Made by a program: the position numbers and the translations under genes. Below are positions 18,157-27,191 of a stretch of 36,113 bases of DNA, in pieces (position 1 is the first letter of the stretch; each line of letters begins with the position of its first letter). Location: IMG/VR virus record IMGVR_UViG_3300031260_000063, positions 1 through 36,113 of that record; one strand, written 5' to 3'. The DNA is from a virus (lineage: Duplodnaviria; Caudoviricetes). The notes below the pieces were generated by a model. That model did no database searches. It saw nothing but the letters and a program-made list of their open reading frames with translations, and was not told the DNA's origin.

Positions 18157-21100
18157 ATGCTTTCAATCACGTCTGGAGCGAAAACTCATCTCGAAGGCAG
18201 CATAACCAACGTTACTTTTGAGGTGCAGATAAGTTGGGACGGAAGCACATATACCGACGAGTCGGCATATTTGCATAGCGTCAACATCCAAAAGAAGATA
18301 GAAGACAAGCATTTAGGCCCGGTTGCAAATACATTCAATATCACAATGGACAACACTACCGGAAGATTTTCTTGGCCTTCTGAGAGCACGCGCACACCAA
18401 AGAAAAAGATAAAGATATATGCAGACATTAACGGTGAAGATATTCTCGTGCTTACAGGAGTCATTGACACCATAGAACAGCGGAGAGACGGCACGGCTCT
18501 AATCAAGGGCCGTGACCTTTCCGCAATTGCAATTGACACACCAGCGCCTCAGAAAACATATGTAAACCAGTCGCCGGAAGCAATCATAAACAACCTTTGG
18601 ACTGCCGCGACTGGCTATACGACAAGTTCGGCCGCAACAGGAATTACGATGGACTTTATGAACTTCAAAAGTGAATCTTCCGTGTGGGCTGCCATTAGCA
18701 GCATATGCAAGAAGACCGTTGGCCGCGTAAATGTTCTTCCCGACGGTACGCTCAAGTATGAATCTCTGATTGGAAAAAACTATACACTCAAATCAACGGC
18801 AGATTGGAATTGCGGTACAGACGATTTTGATTCCATAACCGAACAATTAAGCACGAAAGACATTATAAACGCGGTCGTGGTGTCATACAAAAACAAACAG
18901 GTAGATGAAAATAAAGCGGCGTATATGCTTTTATCGGATCCGGAAGGCAACAGCGTTCAGCAAGACGAAGACGAGAGGCTGATAAACTGGAACATTGGGG
19001 AGATACTAGCAGAACGGCACAGAGCGCCAAACAATGGAGTAATCTATCTCAAATGTGGAAACATATCGTCTATTACGTCCGTAATGAATGATACGACGTC
19101 TACCGACATAACTGCGTATTGTTCGATAACCGATGCGGCAAAGGGAAAGGTAACTCTTTCGTCTGGTTTCTCAGAAGGAGACGAGATACGGTTCAAATAT
19201 AAAGTCTCTGAAATGAAGCTCGCAATAAACTACGGTTATACCCCTGCCGAAGGCTGGACGTTTGAGGGCGAAGTTGCCAATCCTACGCTTTCATATGAAT
19301 TTGGTACAGGTTCTGCGACAATAACACTTGATTCTAATCCTGACCCCTTGCTCTATCCTGATGCCGACGCTGTAATTAGCATTTCATCCATAACATCGGG
19401 TGCTACACTGACTAAGCTCTGGATAGTTGGAGATGTTGCGGTCGCGAGAATTGAAAAGTTCAAGAAGTTTGACAACACCAGTATTACTGTTTATGGAAGG
19501 CGAGAGCTTCATCTTGAACTTGAAGGCGTTTCAATAGACGATGCCAGAAAGGTTGCACAGCGAATAGTCGACCGTTATAAAAACCCTTCAAGCACGTCTG
19601 ACCTATCTATTACTATGCATCCCGAACTGGATATTCTCGATGTAATCAACGTCTATGACAACATCCACACAAATCTCAACATGAAGTATGAGATTGAATC
19701 TCTGAACATCTCATACGCAAACACCGAAGCTAAGTGCAGTGTTCAGCTTAGACAATATGATACTGTTGCGTGGACGTACACAGAGAATGGCATAACCGTT
19801 ACGGCTCCGTGGGACGTTAAGAAGCCATTGGCTACGCCTGTATTTGTAGATACGGCCGTAACTCAAGAGTCTATAACGGTTACATGGGAACGCCAATTCG
19901 CAGCAATAAACCACAAACTGGTTTTGAAACAAGGGACATCTACCATCCAAACGGCATATACGTCCGGGAATAACTATACATTTGGAAGCCTTTCCGCGGA
20001 TACCGAATACACAATAGAATTGACTGTCATAGGCAAGGACGGAGTTACATATACGAACTCAACAAGCGCAACCACCCTTGCAGAAGTTGCGATAGGTGAC
20101 GGTGTAGCCCCTAGTACGCCAACAGGGCTCGCCCTTACAACTTTCTTCTCTGGCGGGAAGACGTATGTAAAAGCCGCTTGGGCCGCAAACAGTGAGACGG
20201 ACATAAAGGGTTACGAGGTGGCGTGGAGTTATGATGGCACAAATTATTATAACTCAGGGCTCACGACAGAACTCAGTCTGGTTATAGAAGTCAGGGCGGG
20301 AGTAACCGTATACGTCAAAGTCCGAGCAAAGGACATAGAAGGTTTTGAATCTGCGTGGTGCACGGCAGTTTCCATCACAAGTGCAAAAGACACGACTATC
20401 CCAGCCGACGCGACCGGGATAACTGCTGCTGGCGGTTTTGACATCATCTACATTTCTTGGACTCATACAAAGCCTTCCGATTTTTCGCACTATGTACTCG
20501 AACGAAGTCCTTCACCCTACTCAACGTGGACTGAAATAGCGGTTGTACAGTCAAAGGAATTTATAGATAAAAACGTGGTTGCCGGGACATACTACAAATA
20601 CAGAGTCAAGGCATATGACATCTATGGAAACGCCGCCACGAACTGGGTAGCAACGACTTCGGGTGTAACTTGCTCGAGTATCTCGAGTGAGCTTTCAGAC
20701 TTAGATACTAGACTAACGAATCTTGATTTTTCAGATATTGCTGGTTATATTGCTGGCGGCCAAATTACCGACGATACCATCATCGCAAGAATGATTTTAG
20801 CGGGCGAAATTAAAACTCTTCATATGGATGTTGATGAGATAGTAGGCAATAGCGCTTGGTTTGGAAAAATTGTTGCGAATCACATAGCAACGGATGCTAT
20901 AACCGCAGACAAAATCTATGCCGGCTCTGTAACCGCGAACAAACTCGAGGCAACGCTTGATTTGTCAGTTGGCCGGAAAATCACGGTCGGTTCAAACGTT
21001 CAGATAGGAAAGGCCGTTGGACCTACGGGACTCACGGGAGACGGAATCTATGTCTCAAAGGACGCATATTTTCGAATCAATTCCGGCTTGTTCATGGATG

Positions 21101-22140
21101 AAGGACTTTGGATGGGGAAGAGTTTGGGTGAGAGGATTCATCCATTTATGACTTCAAACACGACACCGTCAGGATATGAAGTTTCAAATAATGATGGAGA
21201 TACATATGCATGGTACTTGTTCAGAGAAAGTACCTCTGGGCCAATTTCCCATTACGTTAACCACTGGTCTCAAATTAAGTTGCCGGTTAGAAAGGTGCTG
21301 AAAACTTATAATATATTTAGTTACTCGAGTAGCAATTGCGCTTCTGGCTGGAAAATTCAGGGCTCAAATGACGGAACAAATTGGACTGATTTGGACACTC
21401 AGAGTGGAGTTTTAGCTTGGTCTGGATGGTTACTAAGCGATGTGTCAATTTCCTCACCCGGGGCTTATCTTTACTACCGCCTTTTGATTACTGCCGTCAC
21501 GGGCAGTTATGCTTCGATTAGTAGCATAAAGCTCTTCGATGCGGCTGGATGGAAGTTTTCGGTTGCCGCATCAGGTTCAGACCCGAATTACCTCGCATGG
21601 GATGGGCAATTGAATCTCAAGGGAAACCTTATTCTTGGGTATGGAGAGAACGTGATTGAGTTTGAGGACTCAAAAATAAAGTTGGGTGATGGTTCGAGTA
21701 CTTCTGGGGAAAACTATGTCTATTTCAAAAGGGGTTCAACTGGGGAAAATATAGCATGGCTATCAGATTATTTTGTTACTTCTGGAGAAAGAAACACTTG
21801 GGGTGTGGCGGCTCATGAATATGTCGAAGGAAATTTTTCCATAAATTGCATGGCAAGTAATTCAACTGAGGCAAACAACAGGGCATATCTTAAAGCGACA
21901 ATCAACAATACTTCTAATGCAAATACCCTCCAAGCCTTGTTAGAAATAATGAGATTGTCAAGCACTAGCACTCATGGATATTTCAAATTTTCTCACCCAA
22001 TAAACGTATTGTATGCAACAGGGCAAGATGCTGCCAGTATGCCAAACGGTTCAATATTGGTTCAGGGAGATTATCTCTTTTATCGGGACAGCAGCGGAAC
22101 GTGGAAGAGAGCGGCCACATATAATGTAACACCAAGCTAA
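18157..22140 (+). CDS. tail tip/hub protein with FN3 repeats and discoidin (F5/8 type C-like) domain
   Basis: Hub-like N-terminus (FTG.ID-like, SITVYGRR); FN3 motifs (APSTPTGL, Y.YRVKAYD..GN); ITADKI repeats; WKIQGSNDGTNWTDLD...YLYYRLLIT. Confidence 0.85.
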   Translation: MLSITSGAKTHLEGSITNVTFEVQISWDGSTYTDESAYLHSVNIQKKIEDKHLGPVANTFNITMDNTTGRFSWPSESTRTPKKKIKIYADINGEDILVLTGVIDTIEQRRDGTALIKGRDLSAIAIDTPAPQKTYVNQSPEAIINNLWTAATGYTTSSAATGITMDFMNFKSESSVWAAISSICKKTVGRVNVLPDGTLKYESLIGKNYTLKSTADWNCGTDDFDSITEQLSTKDIINAVVVSYKNKQVDENKAAYMLLSDPEGNSVQQDEDERLINWNIGEILAERHRAPNNGVIYLKCGNISSITSVMNDTTSTDITAYCSITDAAKGKVTLSSGFSEGDEIRFKYKVSEMKLAINYGYTPAEGWTFEGEVANPTLSYEFGTGSATITLDSNPDPLLYPDADAVISISSITSGATLTKLWIVGDVAVARIEKFKKFDNTSITVYGRRELHLELEGVSIDDARKVAQRIVDRYKNPSSTSDLSITMHPELDILDVINVYDNIHTNLNMKYEIESLNISYANTEAKCSVQLRQYDTVAWTYTENGITVTAPWDVKKPLATPVFVDTAVTQESITVTWERQFAAINHKLVLKQGTSTIQTAYTSGNNYTFGSLSADTEYTIELTVIGKDGVTYTNSTSATTLAEVAIGDGVAPSTPTGLALTTFFSGGKTYVKAAWAANSETDIKGYEVAWSYDGTNYYNSGLTTELSLVIEVRAGVTVYVKVRAKDIEGFESAWCTAVSITSAKDTTIPADATGITAAGGFDIIYISWTHTKPSDFSHYVLERSPSPYSTWTEIAVVQSKEFIDKNVVAGTYYKYRVKAYDIYGNAATNWVATTSGVTCSSISSELSDLDTRLTNLDFSDIAGYIAGGQITDDTIIARMILAGEIKTLHMDVDEIVGNSAWFGKIVANHIATDAITADKIYAGSVTANKLEATLDLSVGRKITVGSNVQIGKAVGPTGLTGDGIYVSKDAYFRINSGLFMDEGLWMGKSLGERIHPFMTSNTTPSGYEVSNNDGDTYAWYLFRESTSGPISHYVNHWSQIKLPVRKVLKTYNIFSYSSSNCASGWKIQGSNDGTNWTDLDTQSGVLAWSGWLLSDVSISSPGAYLYYRLLITAVTGSYASISSIKLFDAAGWKFSVAASGSDPNYLAWDGQLNLKGNLILGYGENVIEFEDSKIKLGDGSSTSGENYVYFKRGSTGENIAWLSDYFVTSGERNTWGVAAHEYVEGNFSINCMASNSTEANNRAYLKATINNTSNANTLQALLEIMRLSSTSTHGYFKFSHPINVLYATGQDAASMPNGSILVQGDYLFYRDSSGTWKRAATYNVTPS

Positions 22141-22151
22141 GGAGGTTCAAA

Positions 22152-22319
22152 ATGGAAGAATTTATTCGTGCATTTGAAAGTGCAAAAATGGCAATAATTG
22201 GAACGACAAATCTGGCTCTGGAAAGTTTGGACAAAGCTGCACAAAGAGCAATCGCTGAGTACAAGTCAATGCAGCAAAGGCTTGCCGAATTGGAAGAAAA
22301 AGAAAAACAACCTAAGTAG
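22152..22319 (+). CDS. 55-aa coiled-coil protein (tail fibre chaperone-like position; not in ORF track)
   Basis: SD aaggagg; MEEFIRAFESAK...RLAELEEKEKQPK. Confidence 0.75.
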   Translation: MEEFIRAFESAKMAIIGTTNLALESLDKAAQRAIAEYKSMQQRLAELEEKEKQPK

Positions 22320-22335
22320 CAACATAGCAAACAAG

Positions 22336-22360
22336 AGAGACCCTTCGGGGTCTCTTTTTA
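22336..22360 (+). terminator. intrinsic terminator ending tail operon
   Basis: agagaccc-ttcg-gggtctct-tttt. Confidence 0.85.
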
Positions 22361-22373
22361 TTGGAGGTCAAAA

Positions 22374-22847
22374 ATGAAAAAGATGCTAGTAATTGTTCTT
22401 GTGATTGTCGTTACATCTCTGTCTTTTGCAAACCTTGTGGAGTTCTTCGATAGTATTCCACCCGCTCTAAAATTTGGCACAGGAGCCGTAATTGGTATCT
22501 ATGGCCTGTCGTGGGCATACCCGTGGTTTTTCGACCCGATTGTCATAGTAGGGGATACGGAGTTTGGCGCATTTTGCTTTGGGCCTTTCATCGTAATCAA
22601 TCCATACTTGTGGAGCGAGGCGCCTGAATCTTCTAGGAATATAGTCTTGAATCACGAGTATGTTCATTACATCCAGCACGCCCTTTTTGGTCCGATCCTT
22701 TCGTTGAGCTACCCGATTTTTTCAGCATATTCGATATTGAAGACGGGCAACCAATGGGATGCAAACCTCTGGGAATTACAGGCCATTGAGTTGTCTGACT
22801 CTTCAAAGCCTGCTTGGCAACCGTCGTTTGTAATCGAACTTGAATAG
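22374..22847 (+). CDS. exported/membrane zinc metallopeptidase-like protein (HExxH)
   Basis: Signal peptide MKKMLVIVLVIVVTSLSFA; LNHEYVHYIQ and a downstream N.WELQA. Confidence 0.7.
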   Translation: MKKMLVIVLVIVVTSLSFANLVEFFDSIPPALKFGTGAVIGIYGLSWAYPWFFDPIVIVGDTEFGAFCFGPFIVINPYLWSEAPESSRNIVLNHEYVHYIQHALFGPILSLSYPIFSAYSILKTGNQWDANLWELQAIELSDSSKPAWQPSFVIELE

Positions 22848-22910
22848 AAATTGATGTAGTTTTCAAGGTTTTTGACTGAAATTTCAAACAAATCTTGGAG
22901 GTGAAACCAT

Positions 22911-23156
22911 ATGCACCATGACAAGATACTACATTTTGCTGCTGGAGCGGTAATCTGCGTTATTTTTTCGTTCTTATTGAGATTTTGCATACCTGGGATA
23001 TCTACATGGGTTGGTTTGATTGCAGCGTTTGCGTTTGGCATGGGAAAGGAAATCTGGGACATAAAACACGGTACACCGGAGTTTCTTGACTTCATAGCAA
23101 CTGCGAGCGGGGGCTTCGTTGTTTTTCTAATTCTGAAACTTTTGGCAGGGATGTAG
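22911..23156 (+). CDS. small membrane protein, VanZ/YfiM-like
   Basis: DKILHF..G, G.GKE.WD and DF.AT..GG motifs; three hydrophobic helices. Confidence 0.7.
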   Translation: MHHDKILHFAAGAVICVIFSFLLRFCIPGISTWVGLIAAFAFGMGKEIWDIKHGTPEFLDFIATASGGFVVFLILKLLAGM

Positions 23157-23160
23157 ATGA

Positions 23161-23973
23161 ATGTCAAATATTCATACTCCCCTAGACGTGAAAGTGGTTC
23201 AGAAGTCATTCCCAGAAGCGAGAGAACTTTATCTCCTGCCGTTGGGAGACCTTCATTGGGACAGTCGGTATTCAAACCACAGCCTCATAGAACGAAAAAT
23301 TCAGGAGATAAAAGAGAACAACTATCTAACGTTGTTGATAGGTGATACGTTCGATAAACTCTTCTTCTCGTGGCTTTTGAAAGAACAACAGGGAGACGAC
23401 CTCAACGTAGCTCTCGTGACTGTGGCGAACCTCTTCAAACCTATCAAGAACAACATTTTGCTCATCATGGACGGAAATCATGAAAGAGGGATGGAAAAGA
23501 AAGTTGGTTTCAATATGGGCGAGGCTCTCGCGAATATGTTAGAAGTGCCTTTTATTCGCGGAATGGGAGTTCTTCATCTCCGGGTCGGAAAATACAGGAA
23601 GAATCAGACATCAAAATCATTCAGCAGAATGAATAGTTACGTGGGTCTCATTGCTCATGGCTATGGTGGTGGTAGGACGAAGGGTGCAAAAGCAAACAAG
23701 GCCGCGGCCTTGGGTGATGTCATGGAGAACTGCGACTTCTCAATCATGGGCCATGTACATGACCCCAATCTGATACCAAACTCGAGACTCGTCTACGACC
23801 CGCAGCGCAAAACTGTCTATGCGAGAGAGATTAGAAACGTGATTCTCTCTGCATTTCAGAACTACTCGAACTACGCACAGGAGTCATTCATGAGACCATC
23901 CCCACAATTGGAGTACCTTATAAGGTTTGACGGTATGTACAAAAACATAGAAATCTTAGAAAGGCGAATGTGA
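23161..23973 (+). CDS. calcineurin-like metallophosphoesterase
   Basis: GDLHW, GDTFD, GNHE, HGYGGG and GHVH motifs. Confidence 0.9.
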   Translation: MSNIHTPLDVKVVQKSFPEARELYLLPLGDLHWDSRYSNHSLIERKIQEIKENNYLTLLIGDTFDKLFFSWLLKEQQGDDLNVALVTVANLFKPIKNNILLIMDGNHERGMEKKVGFNMGEALANMLEVPFIRGMGVLHLRVGKYRKNQTSKSFSRMNSYVGLIAHGYGGGRTKGAKANKAAALGDVMENCDFSIMGHVHDPNLIPNSRLVYDPQRKTVYAREIRNVILSAFQNYSNYAQESFMRPSPQLEYLIRFDGMYKNIEILERRM

Positions 23974-23984
23974 AGAGGTGCATT

Positions 23985-24242
23985 ATGGACGAATGCAAAT
24001 ATAAGAACGATATTGAACAGTTAAAAACAGACAGAACAACACTTCAGCAGCAATACTCAGGCATAAAAGAAGATTTGTCAGAAATAAAAGCCGACATAAG
24101 AGAGCTGCTGCATAACGGTGTAATCGACAAAAAGGTTGAATCGGCGGTCGCAAAGTTGTTTTTTCGTTTCGTTATGGCTGCTATTGGCAGCGGTGGCGGT
24201 ATTGCCGCCTTTATATCATGGCTCGCAACCAGAGGTGGTTGA
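23985..24242 (+). CDS. holin-like / XhlA-type coiled-coil plus C-terminal TM protein
   Basis: Coiled coil followed by a single hydrophobic C-terminal segment; directly upstream of the endolysin. Confidence 0.55.
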   Translation: MDECKYKNDIEQLKTDRTTLQQQYSGIKEDLSEIKADIRELLHNGVIDKKVESAVAKLFFRFVMAAIGSGGGIAAFISWLATRGG

Positions 24243-24243
24243 C

Positions 24244-24720
24244 ATGGGCGTAAAGAGGGATTTCATACGAAAGTACGGGCGAGATGCAATATATGTGGCT
24301 GCCGCGTGTGACTTTCCTGCTATCTCGCTTCTAGTTCAGGCGGCTTTGGAGACTGGGTGGGGTAAATATGTTCATGCGAACAACCTCTACGGAATCAAGT
24401 TCAACCCTGCCGATGAGTGGGCCGTACCTGCCGATGCAACCTCTACTAGCGAATATGAAGACGGTTCCTGGAAGACTATCGAGGCCGTGTTCTCGAGCTA
24501 TGACTCACCCATTCAATCTATGCTGGCCCTCATCGCAAAACTCCGGGCAGAGCCTAGATATGAGAGAGCTTGGATATTCAGACATGACCCTGAGATCTTC
24601 TTTGATGAACTGAAAGAGGCCGGGTATGCTACCGACCCGATATATTCCGAAAAGCTCAAGCAGATATACAGAGCATGGCCCGAAGACTGGAAGGAGGTCG
24701 TATGTGAAGAAACCGACTGA
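24244..24720 (+). CDS. endolysin, GH73 glucosaminidase (FlgJ-like)
   Basis: QAALETGWG, NNLYGIK, T.EY and GYATDP.Y..KL motifs; SD gaggtg. Confidence 0.92.
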   Translation: MGVKRDFIRKYGRDAIYVAAACDFPAISLLVQAALETGWGKYVHANNLYGIKFNPADEWAVPADATSTSEYEDGSWKTIEAVFSSYDSPIQSMLALIAKLRAEPRYERAWIFRHDPEIFFDELKEAGYATDPIYSEKLKQIYRAWPEDWKEVVCEETD

Positions 24721-25042
24721 GATTTTGCTCGGAGCTTTCAACTGGGGGGTGGAGTTCGGAGAAATCAGCATCGAGGACGCAGAAGAACTCGACAGCACGC
24801 CCGAAAACCTACTGGGTTTCACAGATAGAAAGAGCTTACAGATGTATATAGACGGAAGCCTCACACCTCAGATGCTTAGAGTTACGTTCTTACATGAGTT
24901 AGTCCACGCGATGTCTGACACCTTCGGTCTCGGATTCGATGACGTAGAACGGGAAGACATCGTGAATCAGATAGCGAGTGCAATGTTCAACTTTATGAAA
25001 CAGAATCCAAAAGCCGTTGAATGGCTGATGAAGGAGGAATAG
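24704..25042 (+). CDS. HExxH metallopeptidase-like protein
   Basis: SD aaggaggt with GTG 24704; TFLHELVHA and a downstream E..V. Confidence 0.75.
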   Translation: MKKPTEILLGAFNWGVEFGEISIEDAEELDSTPENLLGFTDRKSLQMYIDGSLTPQMLRVTFLHELVHAMSDTFGLGFDDVEREDIVNQIASAMFNFMKQNPKAVEWLMKEE

Positions 25043-25044
25043 AG

Positions 25045-25341
25045 GTGTTTGAAAAGATACTGAATATCCTGAAACAGGGTGCGAAGCTCCTAAAGGACGC
25101 GGGGTTCAATCATGAAGAAGTCAAGGAAGTCGTGAAGAAGAAGCTGGCCGAACTCGTCGAGAAGGCCATCGATTTCAAGATTGACTTCTTGGAATATCTT
25201 CTGGAGAGAATCATCATTATCGCAATCAACATCGCGATTGATAAATTCGTCGATGAGATCTTCGAAGATGATGCAGCCGCCGCCAATCTTGAGCCTGACG
25301 CTCCTGAGGCTGAAATCGCAAAAGCATTGTTCGTCAGATAG
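25045..25341 (+). CDS. hypothetical protein (lysis-region, amphipathic helical)
   Basis: SD-rich upstream sequence; last gene before the double terminator. Start uncertain. Confidence 0.65.
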   Translation: MFEKILNILKQGAKLLKDAGFNHEEVKEVVKKKLAELVEKAIDFKIDFLEYLLERIIIIAINIAIDKFVDEIFEDDAAAANLEPDAPEAEIAKALFVR

Positions 25342-25365
25342 TTACCCCCTCCTGGTGTAACACCC

Positions 25366-25423
25366 GCCCTCGGTGAAAGCCGGGGGCTTTTCTTTTTGCC
25401 TCCCTTCGAGGAGGTTTCTTTTT
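25366..25423 (+). terminator. tandem intrinsic terminators ending late region
   Basis: gccctcgg-tgaaag-ccgggggc-ttttcttttt and gcctcc-cttcga-ggaggt-ttcttttt. Confidence 0.8.
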
Positions 25424-25622
25424 GACCCCGCAGGATAGCCCCTATTGAGACTTTTCATATCATAACGTGCAATCACCTTCGGAAAAATAAACTTTCAACC
25501 ACGCCCCCAAATTCTGGCAAATTCGAATAACTCCATCGGAATATGCCCTAAGGTAGTATTTTCGGTGTCTGTGCCGTGGGGCTGCCAGTCTCAAAACCCC
25601 ATGTAATACCTAAAGTACGATG

Positions 25623-25653
25623 AAGAGTCTCTCGGTAGAGAGGCTTTTTATTT
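25623..25653. terminator. terminator hairpin at 3' end of integrase remnant
   Basis: agtctctc-ggta-gagaggct-ttttattt. Confidence 0.6.
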
Positions 25654-25794
25654 AGGCAGGATTTTCACGTACTCGTGGAAGACCTGAACTTTCTGGATAG
25701 TCTGTCGAAGTATCTCTTCTTTTTTCTTCTCGTCGCCCTCCAGGAACTCTCGTTTCATTCGCTCCCAGTTCAGTTTCAGATCCTCGATTGTTAG
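25648..25794 (-). pseudogene. C-terminal remnant resembling a large serine recombinase (integrase)
   Basis: The minus frame reads LTIEDLKLNWERMKREFLEGDEKKKEEILRQTIQKVQVFHEYVKILPK*, like the '..eek..il...I.kI.v....i.I' end of serine integrases. There is an in-frame stop at 25819-25821 upstream. Confidence 0.6.
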
Positions 25795-25799
25795 AAATC

Positions 25800-25849
25800 T
25801 ATGCGCAACTATACGAAACTAGGCGCAATCAGGCGAAAACATATAGAAA
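25800..25849. repeat. degenerate 10-bp tandem repeats
   Basis: tatgcgcaac / tatacgaaac / taggcgcaat / caggcgaaaa / catatagaaa. Confidence 0.55.
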
Positions 25850-26123
25850 GAAGTGCCTAATCGCGTCTATTTGTGCATAGTTGTCTGTAATCAACTTTGC
25901 ATTACTTGTCGTAAATGACTAGAATTGACTTGTAACGATCTTTGACATACGCATATCAGGTTCGGGCGCATCCGAAAGGACGAGCGAGGGCGAGGTTCCC
26001 TAGCGACTGATGTGTGACTATAAGTACCAAAACGATAAAATAAATTGCCAGCACACATAAAATTAAGGGAGGTGTGCTCCGACCGGGAAGGTCGCTGGCA
26101 GCCGGGATGGTAGGAGCGAGAGT

Positions 26124-26864
26124 ATGAAGTGTATAGGAATAATTGATTCTAACCACAGCTTGATGAATTTCAAGCTGTATGGCAGGAGAGGTGGCAGTTA
26201 TCGCATTGATGTTGACGATGCGACTGCCAAAGAGAAAGAGAACGAGTATTACACAATGAAAGAAACACAGGATGCCGAGTCTATGCTTGAGTGGTTATTG
26301 GGCGATTACCGCCCACTGCTCAAGGAAGCAACTATCAAGACCATAGAAAAAATCTTGTGGAACGAGGATAAGAACTTCCCGTTCCTCGAAGAGTATATGT
26401 TCTGCAACGGTTTGACTAGGCTGCCTTATTTTCAAAAGTTGGATGGTCGACTACTAAGCAGGTATCCAGAAGAAAATGAAAAAGTTTGGGTAGTCTCAGA
26501 TGAAGAACTACACATATTATATGCTGATGGCCTTCAGAACATCGCAAGCATGATTGTGAAACACTTTGGTAAGTTTGTGCCGTTCAGCTTAGCCACCACA
26601 GCATGGTATAACGACAAGATGCAAGAATGGGAATACTGGAGTTCTCCAATAATTTATAAGTTTCAAGCACCAGTGCCGTTGCTGGTGAAAAGATACGATG
26701 TTGTGGATGAAAGCCCGTGGCCACTCGAAACTGCACAAATTGAGTATGGGTGGAGCATTGACTACCGATTTATAACAACTAAAGGCGAAATCATCGAAAG
26801 TAAAGACAGTTACACGGCCTGCGTTACGGCAGAGCCTGTAAGGGAGTGGGACAGATGGATGTGA
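26124..26864 (+). CDS. hypothetical protein (first early gene)
   Basis: 246-aa ORF with SD aggag; no recognised motif. Confidence 0.8.
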   Translation: MKCIGIIDSNHSLMNFKLYGRRGGSYRIDVDDATAKEKENEYYTMKETQDAESMLEWLLGDYRPLLKEATIKTIEKILWNEDKNFPFLEEYMFCNGLTRLPYFQKLDGRLLSRYPEENEKVWVVSDEELHILYADGLQNIASMIVKHFGKFVPFSLATTAWYNDKMQEWEYWSSPIIYKFQAPVPLLVKRYDVVDESPWPLETAQIEYGWSIDYRFITTKGEIIESKDSYTACVTAEPVREWDRWM

Positions 26865-27034
26865 AAATTAAGAGAATCCTTATGAGCCATATCGTTGATG
26901 CAAACGCAGCATTAATGCAAGTTTTAGACGCCGCGCGGCTCGAAGCGAAAGAGCTTGAGCCAGATGTTATTCCGATAATTGAGAGCGTTCGCGCTCTCGG
27001 AGAAAAGATACAAAAGCTAGGTAACAAACCCTAG
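26855..27034 (+). CDS. small helical hypothetical protein
   Basis: Coupled to the upstream gene; SD gggag. Confidence 0.6.
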   Translation: MDVKIKRILMSHIVDANAALMQVLDAARLEAKELEPDVIPIIESVRALGEKIQKLGNKP

Positions 27035-27071
27035 GTAACAAACATACCCTCGGGAAGAGGGAGAACAAAAG

Positions 27072-27162
27072 AGCGGGATGCTCTTAGTTCAGCAGAGAAA
27101 GACGCTGGATTGAGGGTATCCCGCTTTTTTTATTGGGGCGCTCAATCGAGCGCCCTTTTTTA
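27072..27162 (+). terminator. two tandem terminators (long GU-rich hairpin plus short hairpin)
   Basis: agcgggatgctcttagttcagc / gctggattgagggtatcccgct + T-run; gggcgctc-aatc-gagcgccc + T-run. Confidence 0.75.
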
Positions 27163-27191
27163 TTACAAAACTAACGAAAGGAGTGAGATAG

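Noticed and set aside
24136-24243. Signal-peptide-like in-frame N-terminal extension of the endolysin (TTG start)
   Set aside because: No properly spaced SD. It overlaps the holin TM-coding region, which may explain its hydrophobicity, and ATG 24244 has a good SD.
25550-25612. Possible attP (aggtagtat...gtaatacct, tgggg/cccca symmetry)
   Set aside because: The inverted symmetry is weak and not centred consistently; it cannot be supported without attB/attL/attR comparison.
25960-26005. c-di-GMP-I riboswitch-like GGGCGCA..GAAA..GGACG
   Set aside because: Lacks the GCAAA motifs and the P3 tetraloop receptor; the resemblance is superficial.
26007-26045. Hammerhead-like ctgatg...stem...caaaac
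   Set aside because: Core mismatches (CUGAUGU instead of CUGANGA, AAAA instead of GAAA) and no convincing stems I/III.
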